From positions 78,555-142,554 of the forward strand of contig CAWHQL010000001.1 in the NCBI GenBank assembly GCA_963831515.1: a stretch of 64,000 bases of DNA, written 5' to 3'. The notes beneath the pieces are model-generated. The model was not told where the DNA came from and did no database searches. It saw only the letters and a program-made list of their open reading frames with translations. Both the position numbers and the translations under genes were made by a program. Positions 27,827 to 36,247 of this stretch are shown here, piece by piece. This DNA is from an uncultured Alphaproteobacteria bacterium. Lineage in GTDB: Bacteria > Pseudomonadota > Alphaproteobacteria > Rhizobiales > Xanthobacteraceae. Within the stretch, counting starts at the first letter, position 1. Each line of letters begins with the position of its first letter.

Positions 27827-28936
27827 ATGGAGCCAAGACCGTTGGAACAGCCAGCCATAAAGCGCGCGCCCCGAATCGGGCCGGCTCTCGCGGCTGTGTT
27901 TTTGCTTGCGCTGGCCGCTCTTTACGCCGTGCCGCGCGCGGTCGATGCGTTTTACGGCCTCGACGATCCGTCCCGCATTGCCAACCAGGCGCTCGATGAC
28001 AAATTCGATGCCACCGTTGCGGGACGTGAGATCGAGGCGGCGCTGGCCGTCGATGACGCCGATCTCGCCCAGAGCTTTGTCGATCTGGCCGGCGCCCGCA
28101 ATGTGCCGATTGATCCGGCGCTGCAGGACAAGGTGAAGAGCGCCACCGCAGAGGCCGCCACAACCCGCCACAAGGCGAAAAGTTTTGCCCGTGGCCTGAT
28201 CACCGGCGAGCCCGACGACATGGCCGCGCTCGCGGGAACCGCTGTTGGCGATCTCTTCGTGTTCGGCGATATCCGCGATGCGTTGCGCGAAGGAAAGCGG
28301 CTCGCCACCGGCGAGCAGGCCGACGAGTTGGTGCTTGGTCTCGCCTGTGTCGGCATCGCGATCACCGCCGGCACTTATCTGACGTTTGGTGCCGCGGCGC
28401 CGGCGCGCGCCGGACTGACGCTTGTGAAAGTCGCGCGCAAGACCGGAAGTCTAGGCGCCGAGCTCGCGGGCAATATTGGTCGCATGGTGCGCCAAGCTGG
28501 TTTCTCGGGCGCGAGCCCGGTGCTGGCGGTGCGCGCCGCGCGCGACGCTGTGAAGGTCGAGCGCGCGGGCGGCTTGCTGCACCTTGCGGGCGATGTCGGG
28601 CGCGTCCAACGAGCGGCGGGCGGCCGCGCCGCATTCGATGGTCTGAAAGTGGCAAAAGAGCCGGCCGATGTGACGCGCGTCGCAAGATTAGCGGAAAAAG
28701 AAGGAAGCCGCACGCGCGCCATTCTTAAACTCGTGGGTCGCGGTGCGATTACGCTCGCCGCGCTTGCGTTCGACGCAAGCGTCTGGCTCCTCGGCGCATT
28801 GTTCGCTGTGTTCGGTTTCGTGTCGGCGCTCAAGAGCACGACCGAAAGGATTGCTTTGCGTTACTTCCGCCGCCGCAGGGAAAAACGCAAGCTGAAGCAG
28901 TTGCAGCCGATTGCTGTCGCGCTCGCGCACGGCTAA
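27827..28936 (+). CDS. conserved-looking membrane protein of unknown function
   Basis: 369 aa starting from MEPRPLEQP. N-terminal TM (IGPALAAVFLLALAALYAV), internal TM segments and a C-terminal TM, followed by a basic tail RRRREKRKLK. Confidence 0.6.
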   Translation: MEPRPLEQPAIKRAPRIGPALAAVFLLALAALYAVPRAVDAFYGLDDPSRIANQALDDKFDATVAGREIEAALAVDDADLAQSFVDLAGARNVPIDPALQDKVKSATAEAATTRHKAKSFARGLITGEPDDMAALAGTAVGDLFVFGDIRDALREGKRLATGEQADELVLGLACVGIAITAGTYLTFGAAAPARAGLTLVKVARKTGSLGAELAGNIGRMVRQAGFSGASPVLAVRAARDAVKVERAGGLLHLAGDVGRVQRAAGGRAAFDGLKVAKEPADVTRVARLAEKEGSRTRAILKLVGRGAITLAALAFDASVWLLGALFAVFGFVSALKSTTERIALRYFRRRREKRKLKQLQPIAVALAHG

Positions 28937-28946
28937 ACATCCACGC

Positions 28947-29699
28947 ATGCCCAGTTTCAGAAATGGAAAAGTCGAGATCGCCTATCTCGACGAGGGGGAG
29001 GGCGAGCCGATCGTGCTCATCCATGGCTTCGCCTCGACCAAAGAGGTGAATTGGCTGCTGCCCAGCTGGTTTACGACGCTCACCAAAGCTGGTCGCCGCG
29101 CGATCGCACTCGACAATCGCGGCCATGGCGCATCCACCAAGCTCTACGATCCCGCCGCCTACCACAGTGAGATCATGGCCGAAGATGTTCGCGCGCTGCT
29201 CGATCATCTGGAGATCGAGCAGGCCGACCTGATGGGCTATTCGATGGGCTCGCGCATTGCCGCGTTTCTGTCGGTCAAGCACCCGGCGCGCGTGCGTTCG
29301 GCGATACTCGGTGGACTCGGTATTCGCCTTGTCGAGGGCGTCGGACTTCCGGAGAGCATCGCTGAGGCGCTCGAAGCGCCAACTGTCGCCGATGTGAAAG
29401 ATCCGACAGGGCGCACGTTCCGCGTTTTCGCCGAGCAGACGAAGTCCGACCTGCGCGCGCTCGCCGCCTGTATTCGCGGATCGCGGCAGACTTTAAGTCG
29501 CGCAGAGGTTGCCGCAATCGTGGCCCCGGTACTGGTTGCCGTTGGTACGACCGACACGGTCGCAGGCAGTGCCCAGGAATTGGCTGCGCTCATTCCGGGA
29601 GCACGCGCGCTCGATATTCCCGGGCGTGACCATATGCTGGCGGTCGGCGACAAGGTCTTCAAAACAGCCGTTATTGATTTCCTTAACCAACGCGCATGA
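28947..29699 (+). CDS. alpha/beta hydrolase
   Basis: IVLIHGFAS, the nucleophile elbow GYSMGS, and a C-terminal GRDHM motif. Confidence 0.85.
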   Translation: MPSFRNGKVEIAYLDEGEGEPIVLIHGFASTKEVNWLLPSWFTTLTKAGRRAIALDNRGHGASTKLYDPAAYHSEIMAEDVRALLDHLEIEQADLMGYSMGSRIAAFLSVKHPARVRSAILGGLGIRLVEGVGLPESIAEALEAPTVADVKDPTGRTFRVFAEQTKSDLRALAACIRGSRQTLSRAEVAAIVAPVLVAVGTTDTVAGSAQELAALIPGARALDIPGRDHMLAVGDKVFKTAVIDFLNQRA

Positions 29700-29828
29700 G
29701 CCAGAAGGCATGAGCCATGCGCCGGACGCCGGTCCGGCGTGCTTTACCGTTCTGGGCACTCTTGGCGCCTACGAAAATGTGATAAAAGACCTACGTGGGG
29801 ATCGAGAGACGCCAGGAGTGTTTGGTTC

Positions 29829-30659
29829 ATGGCTCAATATCAGACGCGGCCCGCACGGGCCCTCGATAAAGTCGATCCGGTCTGGGCGCGCATCCGCAGC
29901 GAGGCGGAGGACGTCACACGCCGCGAACCAGAGCTCGCTACTTTCATTTACGAGAACATTCTGCACCACGACACGCTCGAGGCGGCAATCGCGCACCGCG
30001 TCAGTCAGCGGCTCGACCACGCCGACGTCTCGGCCGACCTCATTCGCCAGGCCTATCACGATGCGTTGGGAGATCAGCCGACGCTGGGCGATGCGTTTCG
30101 CGCCGACATCGTCGCTACGGTCGACCGCGATCCGGCCACCAGCCGGTTCATCGAACCGGTGCTCTATTACAAGGGCTTCCACGCCATCCAGACGCACCGC
30201 CTTGCGCACTGGCTCTACGGCAAGTCCCGCAAGGATTTTGCCCTCTACCTGCAAAGCCGTGCATCATCGGTATTCCAGTGCGACATCAATCCGGCTGCGA
30301 AAATCGGTCGCGGCATTTTCCTCGACCATGCGACAGGACTTGTCGTGGGCGAGACGGCGGTGATCGAGGATGACGTTTCGATCTTGCACGATGTGACGCT
30401 CGGCGGTACCGGCAAGGAGCACGAGGATCGTCACCCGAAGATCCGGCGCGGCGTCATGATCGGCGCGGGCGCCAAGATTCTCGGGAATATCGAGGTCGGC
30501 CATTGCGCGCGTATCGCGGCGGGCTCGGTTGTCATCAAACCGGTACCGAACAATGTCACTGTCGCCGGCGTCCCGGCGAAAGTCGTGGGTGAGGCCGGCT
30601 GCCCTGAGCCGTCCCGCGCCATGGACCAGATGCTCTACGGCATCATGCTCGACGGTTGA
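29829..30659 (+). CDS. cysE: serine O-acetyltransferase
   Basis: SATase N-terminal domain (DPVWARIRSEAE...EPELATFIYENILHHDTLE). Hexapeptide-repeat region with GIFLDHATGLVVGETAVIEDDVSILHDVTLGGTGK. Confidence 0.9.
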   Translation: MAQYQTRPARALDKVDPVWARIRSEAEDVTRREPELATFIYENILHHDTLEAAIAHRVSQRLDHADVSADLIRQAYHDALGDQPTLGDAFRADIVATVDRDPATSRFIEPVLYYKGFHAIQTHRLAHWLYGKSRKDFALYLQSRASSVFQCDINPAAKIGRGIFLDHATGLVVGETAVIEDDVSILHDVTLGGTGKEHEDRHPKIRRGVMIGAGAKILGNIEVGHCARIAAGSVVIKPVPNNVTVAGVPAKVVGEAGCPEPSRAMDQMLYGIMLDG

Positions 30660-30721
30660 AGGATCGCTTGCGCCGGGCTGTCCGATCAGGCAAGACGTTG
30701 CCTTGAGATTAGGAGCGGTCC

Positions 30722-31132
30722 GTGGACGTCCAGGAAGTCCGAAAAATCGACGGGTATCTGAAAAAGCTTTTCGGCAATACGCAGATTCGCGTCGTGCCGA
30801 AATCCTCCGATACCGCTGAAATTTTCGTTGAAGCAGATGATCTTGGCGAGCTCACCGTCGACGAAGACGAAGGCGAGCGTTCCTACAATTTCCGGATGGT
30901 GATTCAGGTCGGCAACGACCCGTCGATACAGCCGGTGCCGACGCTCAATGCCTATCTGCGCAACAAGTTCGGCAACGACAATATCCGCGTCGTGCCGCGC
31001 CCGAAGAAGACCGACTCGCTTGAAGTCTATATCGGCGAAGAATTTATCGCGGTCCTGTTTCTCGAGATCGAAAAAGGCCGCCGGTCTTATATTCTCGAAC
31101 TGCCGATCCTCGACGTCGATCTGGTGGACTGA
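30722..31132 (+). CDS. DUF3126 family protein, internally duplicated (two DUF3126 units)
   Basis: GTG start. Unit 1 is IDGYLKKLFGNTQIRVVPKSSDTAEIFVEADDLGELTVDEDEGERSYNFRMVI. Unit 2 is LNAYLRNKFGNDNIRVVPRPKKTDSLEVYIGEEFIAVLFLEIEKGRRSYILELPI. Confidence 0.7.
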   Translation: MDVQEVRKIDGYLKKLFGNTQIRVVPKSSDTAEIFVEADDLGELTVDEDEGERSYNFRMVIQVGNDPSIQPVPTLNAYLRNKFGNDNIRVVPRPKKTDSLEVYIGEEFIAVLFLEIEKGRRSYILELPILDVDLVD

Positions 31133-31152
31133 TTTTCCGCAACTGACGTGGA

Positions 31153-31234
31153 TTTGTCATGGCCGGGCTTGTCCCGGCCTTTCACGTCTTTGCGGCCGTT
31201 AAGACGCGGATGCCCGCAACAAGTGCGGGCATGA
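31153..31234. repeat. two REP-like palindromic units
   Basis: tttgtcATGGCCGGGcttgtCCCGGCCtttcacgtctt (31153-31190) is an inverted copy of 4619-4656. aagacgcggATGCCCGCAacaagTGCGGGCATgag (31201-31234) is a related direct-orientation unit. Confidence 0.6.
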
Positions 31235-31248
31235 GTTCTGAAATGGAG

Positions 31249-32028
31249 TTACTTCTCTTCCGGATGCAGCCTGGCGATCAGGCGATCGATGCCGCCGGCG
31301 ACGTCTGACCAGTTGTCCAGCCAGTCGCGCGGAAAACGCAGGGTGACGTCGGCGTTGCCGATGCGTCGCTCCAGCAGACAGGTGCCGGAGTTCGTGACGC
31401 CCTTTTGCGAGCAGCGCGCCAGGAAATGCTCGGGCGCGTTCGACTCGAAGACCAGATCTTCGCCTTGATAGGGCGTGTCGCTGCGAAAGCCACGAAATGT
31501 CAGACCAGGCGGACCGGCGACCGGCTCGGCTACCAGATAACGCGGATAGATGGTTTGCACGCGCTCCATCAAGGGCAGGGTGGTTTCCCCGGATGCAATG
31601 GTGACGAACAGACGCTCATTGGGATCGATCGGCGCGCCGACTGTCGGCTTGATGGCAGGATCGGGTGGGGTCAGGCTCGGCCAGATGTAAGAGAGGTCAA
31701 CGCGCTCATGCGCGCCGGGCCGGCGCTGGACGTTCATGCGGATGGCCGCCGGCTCGATATTGAACGCCGTTCCTGAAACAACAATCGGCACGGTCGGTGC
31801 ATCAAGCGTGACGGGACTGTCGGGCCAGCGCGGCCACAGCACGTAGGTGACATAGGCGGCGCCGAACAAGACGACGGCGCCAAACACCATCAATGGCGCC
31901 AGCAGCGGGCCGTGCCCGGTGCGTGGCTTGCGCCGCGCGGGGCGTCGAGCTCTGGGCGAACGATCCTGTGTGAGGGTAGTCAGACTTCGGCTCCTGGCGC
32001 GCGAATCGGGCGGATTATGCCACGCCAA
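31249..32028 (-). CDS. membrane-anchored hypothetical protein
   Basis: 259 aa. Arg/Pro-rich cytoplasmic N-terminus, a single TM (LLAPLMVFGAVVLFGAAYVTYVLW), and a periplasmic globular part. No family recognised. Confidence 0.6.
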   Translation of the reverse strand: MAWHNPPDSRARSRSLTTLTQDRSPRARRPARRKPRTGHGPLLAPLMVFGAVVLFGAAYVTYVLWPRWPDSPVTLDAPTVPIVVSGTAFNIEPAAIRMNVQRRPGAHERVDLSYIWPSLTPPDPAIKPTVGAPIDPNERLFVTIASGETTLPLMERVQTIYPRYLVAEPVAGPPGLTFRGFRSDTPYQGEDLVFESNAPEHFLARCSQKGVTNSGTCLLERRIGNADVTLRFPRDWLDNWSDVAGGIDRLIARLHPEEK

Positions 32029-32152
32029 GTCCAGTCCGCGTGGTTACACGAGAGCGGCAGGGACGGCGGCATTTACCATTTGTTAAGGATTGGCTGGCGC
32101 TCGCCCTGCGCCTTTGCAAAACATGTTCGCCTGTAGTGCGTTGAGGCCGTCG

Positions 32153-32485
32153 ATGACCCCGGAATCGTTGCAGATGCTGTTCGCGCTGTTGCTCGGCTTT
32201 GCCGTCGCGGGCATGTGCAGCTCCGGCTACCGGGTTTTCACCAGCCGCTTGCCGAGCTTCGGCCAGCTAAGCACCGGCCCCGGCGTTGCGGCATTCGCGT
32301 CAGTCCCGCTGCTCGTCGTGTCGGCGCCGTTTCTGATCATGCGCAACACCATCCTCGGCCGGCGCCAAGAAGGCCGGCGTTTTGAGTTCGTGTTTCTGGC
32401 AACGCTGATCGCCGGCTTCTGGAGCTTGATGTCGGGGCTCGTGCTGATGATGACATTGCAGGCCTGCGGTTTCCTGTACGCCTAG
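32153..32485 (+). CDS. small integral membrane protein (hypothetical)
   Basis: 110 aa from MTPESLQMLFALLLGFAVAGM, with three predicted hydrophobic helices. Confidence 0.5.
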   Translation: MTPESLQMLFALLLGFAVAGMCSSGYRVFTSRLPSFGQLSTGPGVAAFASVPLLVVSAPFLIMRNTILGRRQEGRRFEFVFLATLIAGFWSLMSGLVLMMTLQACGFLYA

Positions 32486-32573
32486 GCACTTTCCAGGTCA
32501 GTCCAGTTCAGGCATGTGATGGCGGTCCTACGCTTTGGCGTGCGCCGGGGCGGGGACACGGAGATGGCCAGCT

Positions 32574-33104
32574 ATGCCGGTTTACAGGCTCGACGGACAG
32601 GCGCCGGAATTTCCGCCCGAGGGCGAGTACTACATTGCCGAGACAGCGGTGCTGATCGGTCGCGTGCGCCTGAAGGCCGACGCGAGCGTCTGGTTCGGCG
32701 CGGTCCTGCGTGGCGACAATGAATGGATCGAGCTCGGCGAGCGTTCGCAGATCCAGGACAACGCCACTCTGCACACGGATCCGGGATTTCCGCTGACGAT
32801 CGGGCGCGAGTGCGTAATCGGCCACAATGTTATCCTGCACGGCTGCACAGTGGGCGACAATTCCCTGATCGGCATGGGCGCGATCATGCTCAATGGGGCA
32901 AAGATCGGAAAAAATTCGCTCGTCGGGGCAGGCAGCGTCGTCACCGAAGGAAAGAGCTTTCCTGACAACTCATTGATCGTCGGCGCTCCCGCGCGCGTCA
33001 TTCGTACGCTCGACGAGAAGGCCGCAGAGATGATCCGCGCCGGTGCGGACATCTACGTGCGTCGCTGGAAACACTATATGCAGCGCTTGACGCGGATCGG
33101 TTGA
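32574..33104 (+). CDS. gamma-carbonic-anhydrase-like / hexapeptide-repeat protein (YrdA/PaaY family)
   Basis: MPVYRLDGQAPEFPPEGEYYIAETAVLIGRVRL...SVWFGAVLRGDNEWIELGERSQIQDNATLHTD...IGHNVILHGC. Confidence 0.85.
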   Translation: MPVYRLDGQAPEFPPEGEYYIAETAVLIGRVRLKADASVWFGAVLRGDNEWIELGERSQIQDNATLHTDPGFPLTIGRECVIGHNVILHGCTVGDNSLIGMGAIMLNGAKIGKNSLVGAGSVVTEGKSFPDNSLIVGAPARVIRTLDEKAAEMIRAGADIYVRRWKHYMQRLTRIG

Positions 33105-33262
33105 GAATTTTCCGGCTGCACGCAATAGAAGCCGGTAGTTCGGTACCTAAAGTTTTGCACAGACTTTGTAGTGAATGCGTCTTTTTGTGACGGCCAACAC
33201 TGCGGTACCTATCTAGTGCCCCTAGTTTGAGCACAGCTAAAAAAAGAATGGGGGATATGGAT

Positions 33263-33496
33263 ATGGCGACCGAAAGAGACATACCTCCACTGATCGAGCT
33301 GCTGCGAATGGCAGCCGACCAATGGCCAAGTTCAGAAGCAGGCGAGGTCTCGCAGAGCGAACTATTTCGTCGTGACCAAGTCTTGCTGGCAATGTGGCCC
33401 GAAGCCTGCCGGCGCGTTGGCGCCGGAGAGCGTGAGTTCCCCGCCGGCGTGCTCAAGCTTTGGCAACAGGAAATGAGCAGAGGGCGCGTCAATTGA
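33263..33496 (+). CDS. orphan small hypothetical protein
   Basis: ORF in a locally lower-GC spacer. Three in-frame ATGs (33248, 33257, 33263), with GGGGGA before the last. No family recognised. Confidence 0.3.
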   Translation: MATERDIPPLIELLRMAADQWPSSEAGEVSQSELFRRDQVLLAMWPEACRRVGAGEREFPAGVLKLWQQEMSRGRVN

Positions 33497-33520
33497 GACG
33501 CTTGGCGTATGGCTGCCACA

Positions 33521-33554
33521 TAAAAGACGAGCCCCGGCAAGTCGGCCGGGGCTC
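33521..33554 (-). terminator. intrinsic terminator, probably ending the minCDE transcript
   Basis: GAGCCCCGGC aagtcg GCCGGGGCTC is a 10-bp stem. On the minus strand the hairpin is followed by TCTTTTAT. Confidence 0.6.
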
Positions 33555-33777
33555 CCGCGTCCCGTCATGAATGAGCATTACTAGTGGTTCAGGCCGACAC
33601 GCAGATTGAGATCTGGAGTGTCCGGCGCCGAACCGGAAATGAACCCCCCAAATCCCGCCGCGCAAGTTAGCGGTACCGGGCGACAGATCAGGGGCAACTT
33701 AGTACCGTCGCGAAAAAATTTCACAAAAATTCCGAATTGTGGCGGCGCTGCGTCGGCGCGTGCGACGTGTGCCGCGA

Positions 33778-34089
33778 TCAGGATGCGGAACGATGCGCTG
33801 GCACGGCCCGTTTGCGCCGGCCTCCGGCTGGCGCCATGCGCACCGTGTTCGGAATTTCGACGTCGACTTCGAGGGTCGAGACCTTGTCGCCGCGGTCCAT
33901 GCGGACGTTGACGCGATTGGAATCGATCTCGACATGGCGGCCGATGGCGGTCAGGATCTCCTCTCGCAGTATGGCGAGCAGATCGGGAGAACCGCGGGTG
34001 CTGCCGCGTTCATAGGCGAGCAGGATTTGCAGGCGGTCACGTGCGACCGGCGCCGTGCCTCGACGCTTGAACAGATTGAACAGGTTCAT
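33778..34089 (-). CDS. minE: cell division topological specificity factor MinE
   Basis: MNLFNLFKRRGTAPVARDRLQILLAYER...EILTAIGRHVEIDSNRVNVRM. The start overlaps the minD stop. Carries a basic C-terminal extension. Confidence 0.9.
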   Translation of the reverse strand: MNLFNLFKRRGTAPVARDRLQILLAYERGSTRGSPDLLAILREEILTAIGRHVEIDSNRVNVRMDRGDKVSTLEVDVEIPNTVRMAPAGGRRKRAVPAHRSAS

Positions 34090-34901
34090 GCCGCTCTCCG
34101 CCCGAACAGTTTGCCAAGGAATCCCTGTTTTTCGGTCGGAATGGTCATTTCGACTTCTTCGCCCATGAGCCGGCGTGCGGCGTCGAGATAGGCGCGTGCC
34201 GGAGCGCTCGACGGATTGTTGAACGTCACCGGCGAGCCGAGGTTCGAAGCGCGCAGGACTTCCTCGCTTTCGGGAATGATGCCCAGGAGTGGCGTCGACA
34301 GAATGTCGAGGACGTCCTCGATGCTGAGCATTTCCCCGCGCGCGGCACGCGCGGCATCGTAGCGGGAAATAAGAAGGTGCTTGTCGACGCGCTCGCCGCG
34401 CTCGGCCTTCACCGTCTTGGCGTCGAGAATGCCGATGATGCGATCGGAATCGCGCACCGATGACACTTCGGGGTTTGTCACTATGATCGCCGTGTCGGCA
34501 AAGCGCATGGCGAGTGTGGCCCCGCGCTCAATACCGGCGGGGCTGTCACAGATCACCCAGTCGAACATCTGTTTCAGAGAATTTATGACGCGCGCGACGC
34601 CATCTTCAGTCAGCGCATCCTTGTCGCGGGTCTGCGAAGCGGGGAGAAGTGCGAGCCGCTCGAGACGCTTGTCGCGGATCAGCGCCTGCGGGAGTTTCGC
34701 TATGCCTTGAGTCACATTGATAAGGTCATAGACCACACGCCGTTCTGCGCCCATTACCAGGTCGAGATTCCGCAAGCCCACGTCGAAGTCGACGACAACG
34801 ACATTCTGTCCGTATTGCGCCAGCGCTGCTCCCAAGGCGGCGGTCGACGTGGTCTTTCCGACGCCGCCTTTCCCGGAAGTAACAACTACGACTTTGGCCA
34901 T
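34086..34901 (-). CDS. minD: septum site-determining ATPase MinD
   Basis: MAKVVVVTSGKGGVGKTTSTAALGAALA is a deviant Walker A. 271 aa with a C-terminal amphipathic helix KQGFLGKLFGRR. Confidence 0.95.
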   Translation of the reverse strand: MAKVVVVTSGKGGVGKTTSTAALGAALAQYGQNVVVVDFDVGLRNLDLVMGAERRVVYDLINVTQGIAKLPQALIRDKRLERLALLPASQTRDKDALTEDGVARVINSLKQMFDWVICDSPAGIERGATLAMRFADTAIIVTNPEVSSVRDSDRIIGILDAKTVKAERGERVDKHLLISRYDAARAARGEMLSIEDVLDILSTPLLGIIPESEEVLRASNLGSPVTFNNPSSAPARAYLDAARRLMGEEVEMTIPTEKQGFLGKLFGRRAA

Positions 34902-34930
34902 TGAAATATACCTCCTGGGGTGATCGATAG

Positions 34931-35656
34931 TCAGTCCAGCGCGCTGATCTTCAGCGCGCTTCCTTCGAGCCAGGCCTGTACAGGCCGGTCACGCAACGCC
35001 TTGTCCATCAAATCGGCAGTCAAGTAGTGACCATCGATCGCGAGAAGCTCGGCCTCGATCTTTGTGCAGAAGATGCGCGCCCGCGGATTGCCGTTCGAGC
35101 CGGCCATGGCGCGTCCACGCAACGTGCCATAGACATGGATTGATCCGCCCGCGACGAGCTCGGCGCCCGAGCCAACCGAACCGAGCACGGTCACGTCACC
35201 ATCTGGAAAATAGATCGACTGTCCGGAGCGAACGGGTTTGTCGACCAGAAGCGTCGCCGGCGCGGAGCGCGTCTCGCGCGCTTGTTGCTTCTCGCGTTGC
35301 GTCTCGCGCGGTTTTGGCGCGGCTACACTTGCGTCGGGACTCTCTTTCTTGGTGGAACGAAGCAAGGGCGGCAGCGCGGCATCCAATTGTGAAGCGTCGG
35401 CATTCTCGACGCCCATGACGCGCACGCCACGTTGGTCCAGTTGCGCTACCAGATGCGCGATTGCGGACTTGCTGAGTTTGACGGCGGACAGGTCGAGGAC
35501 GACTGGCGGTCCGACCAGAAAATTTCCCGTGTCCTTTATCTTCTGCTCGATCTCGGCGATCCATTCGACGAGCGGTGGCTCGGGTGCAAGCGCGACAGCC
35601 ATATACGAGCGGCAGACGAAACGTGGTGATTGCCGGGGATGAGCGACGGATGTCAC
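34931..35656 (-). CDS. minC: septum site-determining protein MinC
   Basis: GTG start. The C-terminal beta-helix region is SGQSIYFPDGDVTVLGSVGSGAELVAGGSIHVYGTLRGRAMAG. First gene of minCDE. Confidence 0.85.
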   Translation of the reverse strand: MTSVAHPRQSPRFVCRSYMAVALAPEPPLVEWIAEIEQKIKDTGNFLVGPPVVLDLSAVKLSKSAIAHLVAQLDQRGVRVMGVENADASQLDAALPPLLRSTKKESPDASVAAPKPRETQREKQQARETRSAPATLLVDKPVRSGQSIYFPDGDVTVLGSVGSGAELVAGGSIHVYGTLRGRAMAGSNGNPRARIFCTKIEAELLAIDGHYLTADLMDKALRDRPVQAWLEGSALKISALD

Positions 35657-36247
35657 GACGACTCCCTGCTTTCAAAAAATGTTTTTGAGCGCCACAAATC
35701 CGAGGAGCGGATCGCATCGGCAGCAATTATGTGGCGCCCGGCTGCCGCTCATCTCCGTTCAAGGAACGGAGACATCCGGCACACAGAACATGATTCTCGG
35801 TTCGGCGAAAACAACTTTTGAATCAAGGGCGTCAAATTGCCGGCGCCTTGCGCGTTTTCCTGAATCGGAATCGTGGTTCCATTGAGTCGCGCCTCGGTTT
35901 CGCTGCCACAATTTGATCGGTGGTTGTCTGTGGTCGCGCCGTGGGAAAGAAGCTGGACGTGGACCCTCACCACACTACCGTTTGTAGGTGGTCGTGGCCC
36001 CGGTACAAGAAACCTCAGGCGGCGCCGGAAGAAGTGCTGGTCCTTGGCGACGCAGAAACCGTCAATGGCGCGCCGTTTTTCAAACACAACCGTCATTCAT
36101 GCTTGAAATGGCGGCGGTGCCTTATGGGGCGTTTCATTAAGCGTTCAGCGCGTAAATGCGGCCTGATGGGCCCTCTGGTATCCTGCTGCCGGCCGGGAAT
36201 TGTGATTTAATGTCACTATCGCTTCCTGGTTCCCGCCAACCGTACGG

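Noticed and set aside
35749-36096. 115-aa minus-strand ORF in the minC upstream spacer.
   Set aside because: It has no RBS, an Arg/Phe/Gly-rich odd composition, and no motif. The region is treated as non-coding.
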